This document shows positions 63,242-64,000 of a stretch of 64,000 nt of DNA, piece by piece. Position numbers and translations under genes: made by a program. This DNA comes from Pocillopora damicornis. Lineage: Eukaryota. The notes beneath the pieces are model-generated. The model ran no database searches. It worked only from the letters and a program-made list of their open reading frames with translations, and had not been told where the DNA came from. How positions within the stretch are numbered: the first letter of the stretch is position 1; every line of letters starts with the position of its first letter. The DNA is taken from the NCBI RefSeq assembly GCF_003704095.1, contig NW_020846655.1, positions 124,001 to 188,000 on the forward strand. The letters run 5' to 3'.

Positions 63242-64000
63242 CTGTCTATCACAAACAACTGCAACTCTGTTTAACAGAGAATACCTCATAAAAAAAATTT
63301 AATTTTTACAAAGCAAAGGCAAGCTGTAGCGTATTAACTTGGCCTCGATGACAGTACTGACGTCATTACAAGCTTGAATGACAGCCCGTGGCGTTTGACG
63401 CCTCAGGCTATTTGAACTTAGCTCCTTCCAGGGAGATAAATTTTGTGTTCAGGAGCCGACTTTGGATTATAAGTTACCTTTAGAGAAAATAATTAGAAGA
63501 TAGCGTCTGCTTAACTCTACGTGATGAGTTTTGGTACCCTGCTCATGGTGAACGAAGCAGTTAACCAACCAAATTCCCTCACTCCTGAGTGTAAGTTGGA
63601 TCTTGAATTCCGTTCAGTTCGCCAAAGATTGTTGTATGAGAGGTGTGCTGTCCGTGTATTTTATCTCGCTAATGGATGTTGGTCTTGACAATCGTGAAAC
63701 TTGTTGTTTTTAACTACGTTATATCTTGCACATGAAACAATTGTTGTTTTGAAGTTTCAGCTCCCTTGAAAAGAAGTAATAAATATGACTAAGAGCTCAG
63801 TTACAGCTGTAGTTAAGTATTCTACTTTACAGGAGAAATATGGTGCAAGATGATTTCATGCCTACAATTGATTTAAAATAAACCCGTTAAGGGACGTAAA
63901 AATAAAACATATATAACAGAAGAAATGATCATGCAATCGAAATCAATAGGTTAGTCTATTATGCACTTTTTTCCATTTTCTGGTTTAGCACTGATCGGCT

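Overview
Eukaryotic, intron-rich, AT-rich animal DNA. Gene content and repeat types suggest a cnidarian, probably a stony coral (inference only). I rebuilt four genes exon by exon from splice sites and phase compatibility: (1) a 3-exon PRD-class Q50 homeobox gene with an eh1/octapeptide-like motif and an OAR domain, DRGX/Arx-like (+, 3724-5887); (2) PINK1 (-, 14 coding exons, 12482-19790); (3) PRPF4 (+, 18 exons, 20004-30056), head-to-head with PINK1 with 213 bp between start codons; (4) a Cav2-type voltage-gated Ca2+ channel alpha-1 subunit (+, 41 exons, 39442-63241). The channel has an EEEE filter, two U12 introns (one AT-AC, one GT-AG), a probable GC-AG intron, divergent AID and IQ motifs and a short tail ending FWI. 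Introns contain a young foldback MITE with an 8-bp TSD, several TTAA-flanked MITEs, decayed SINEs, a Penelope-like RT fragment and degenerate hammerhead-like remnants. CpG is visibly depleted over PINK1 and most of PRPF4. I see no prokaryote-type system (CRISPR, operon) and no clearly new multi-gene system; the best leads are the atypical Cav2 paralogue, the altered PINK1 kinase N-lobe and the DRGX-like gene. There are two N-gaps in channel introns.
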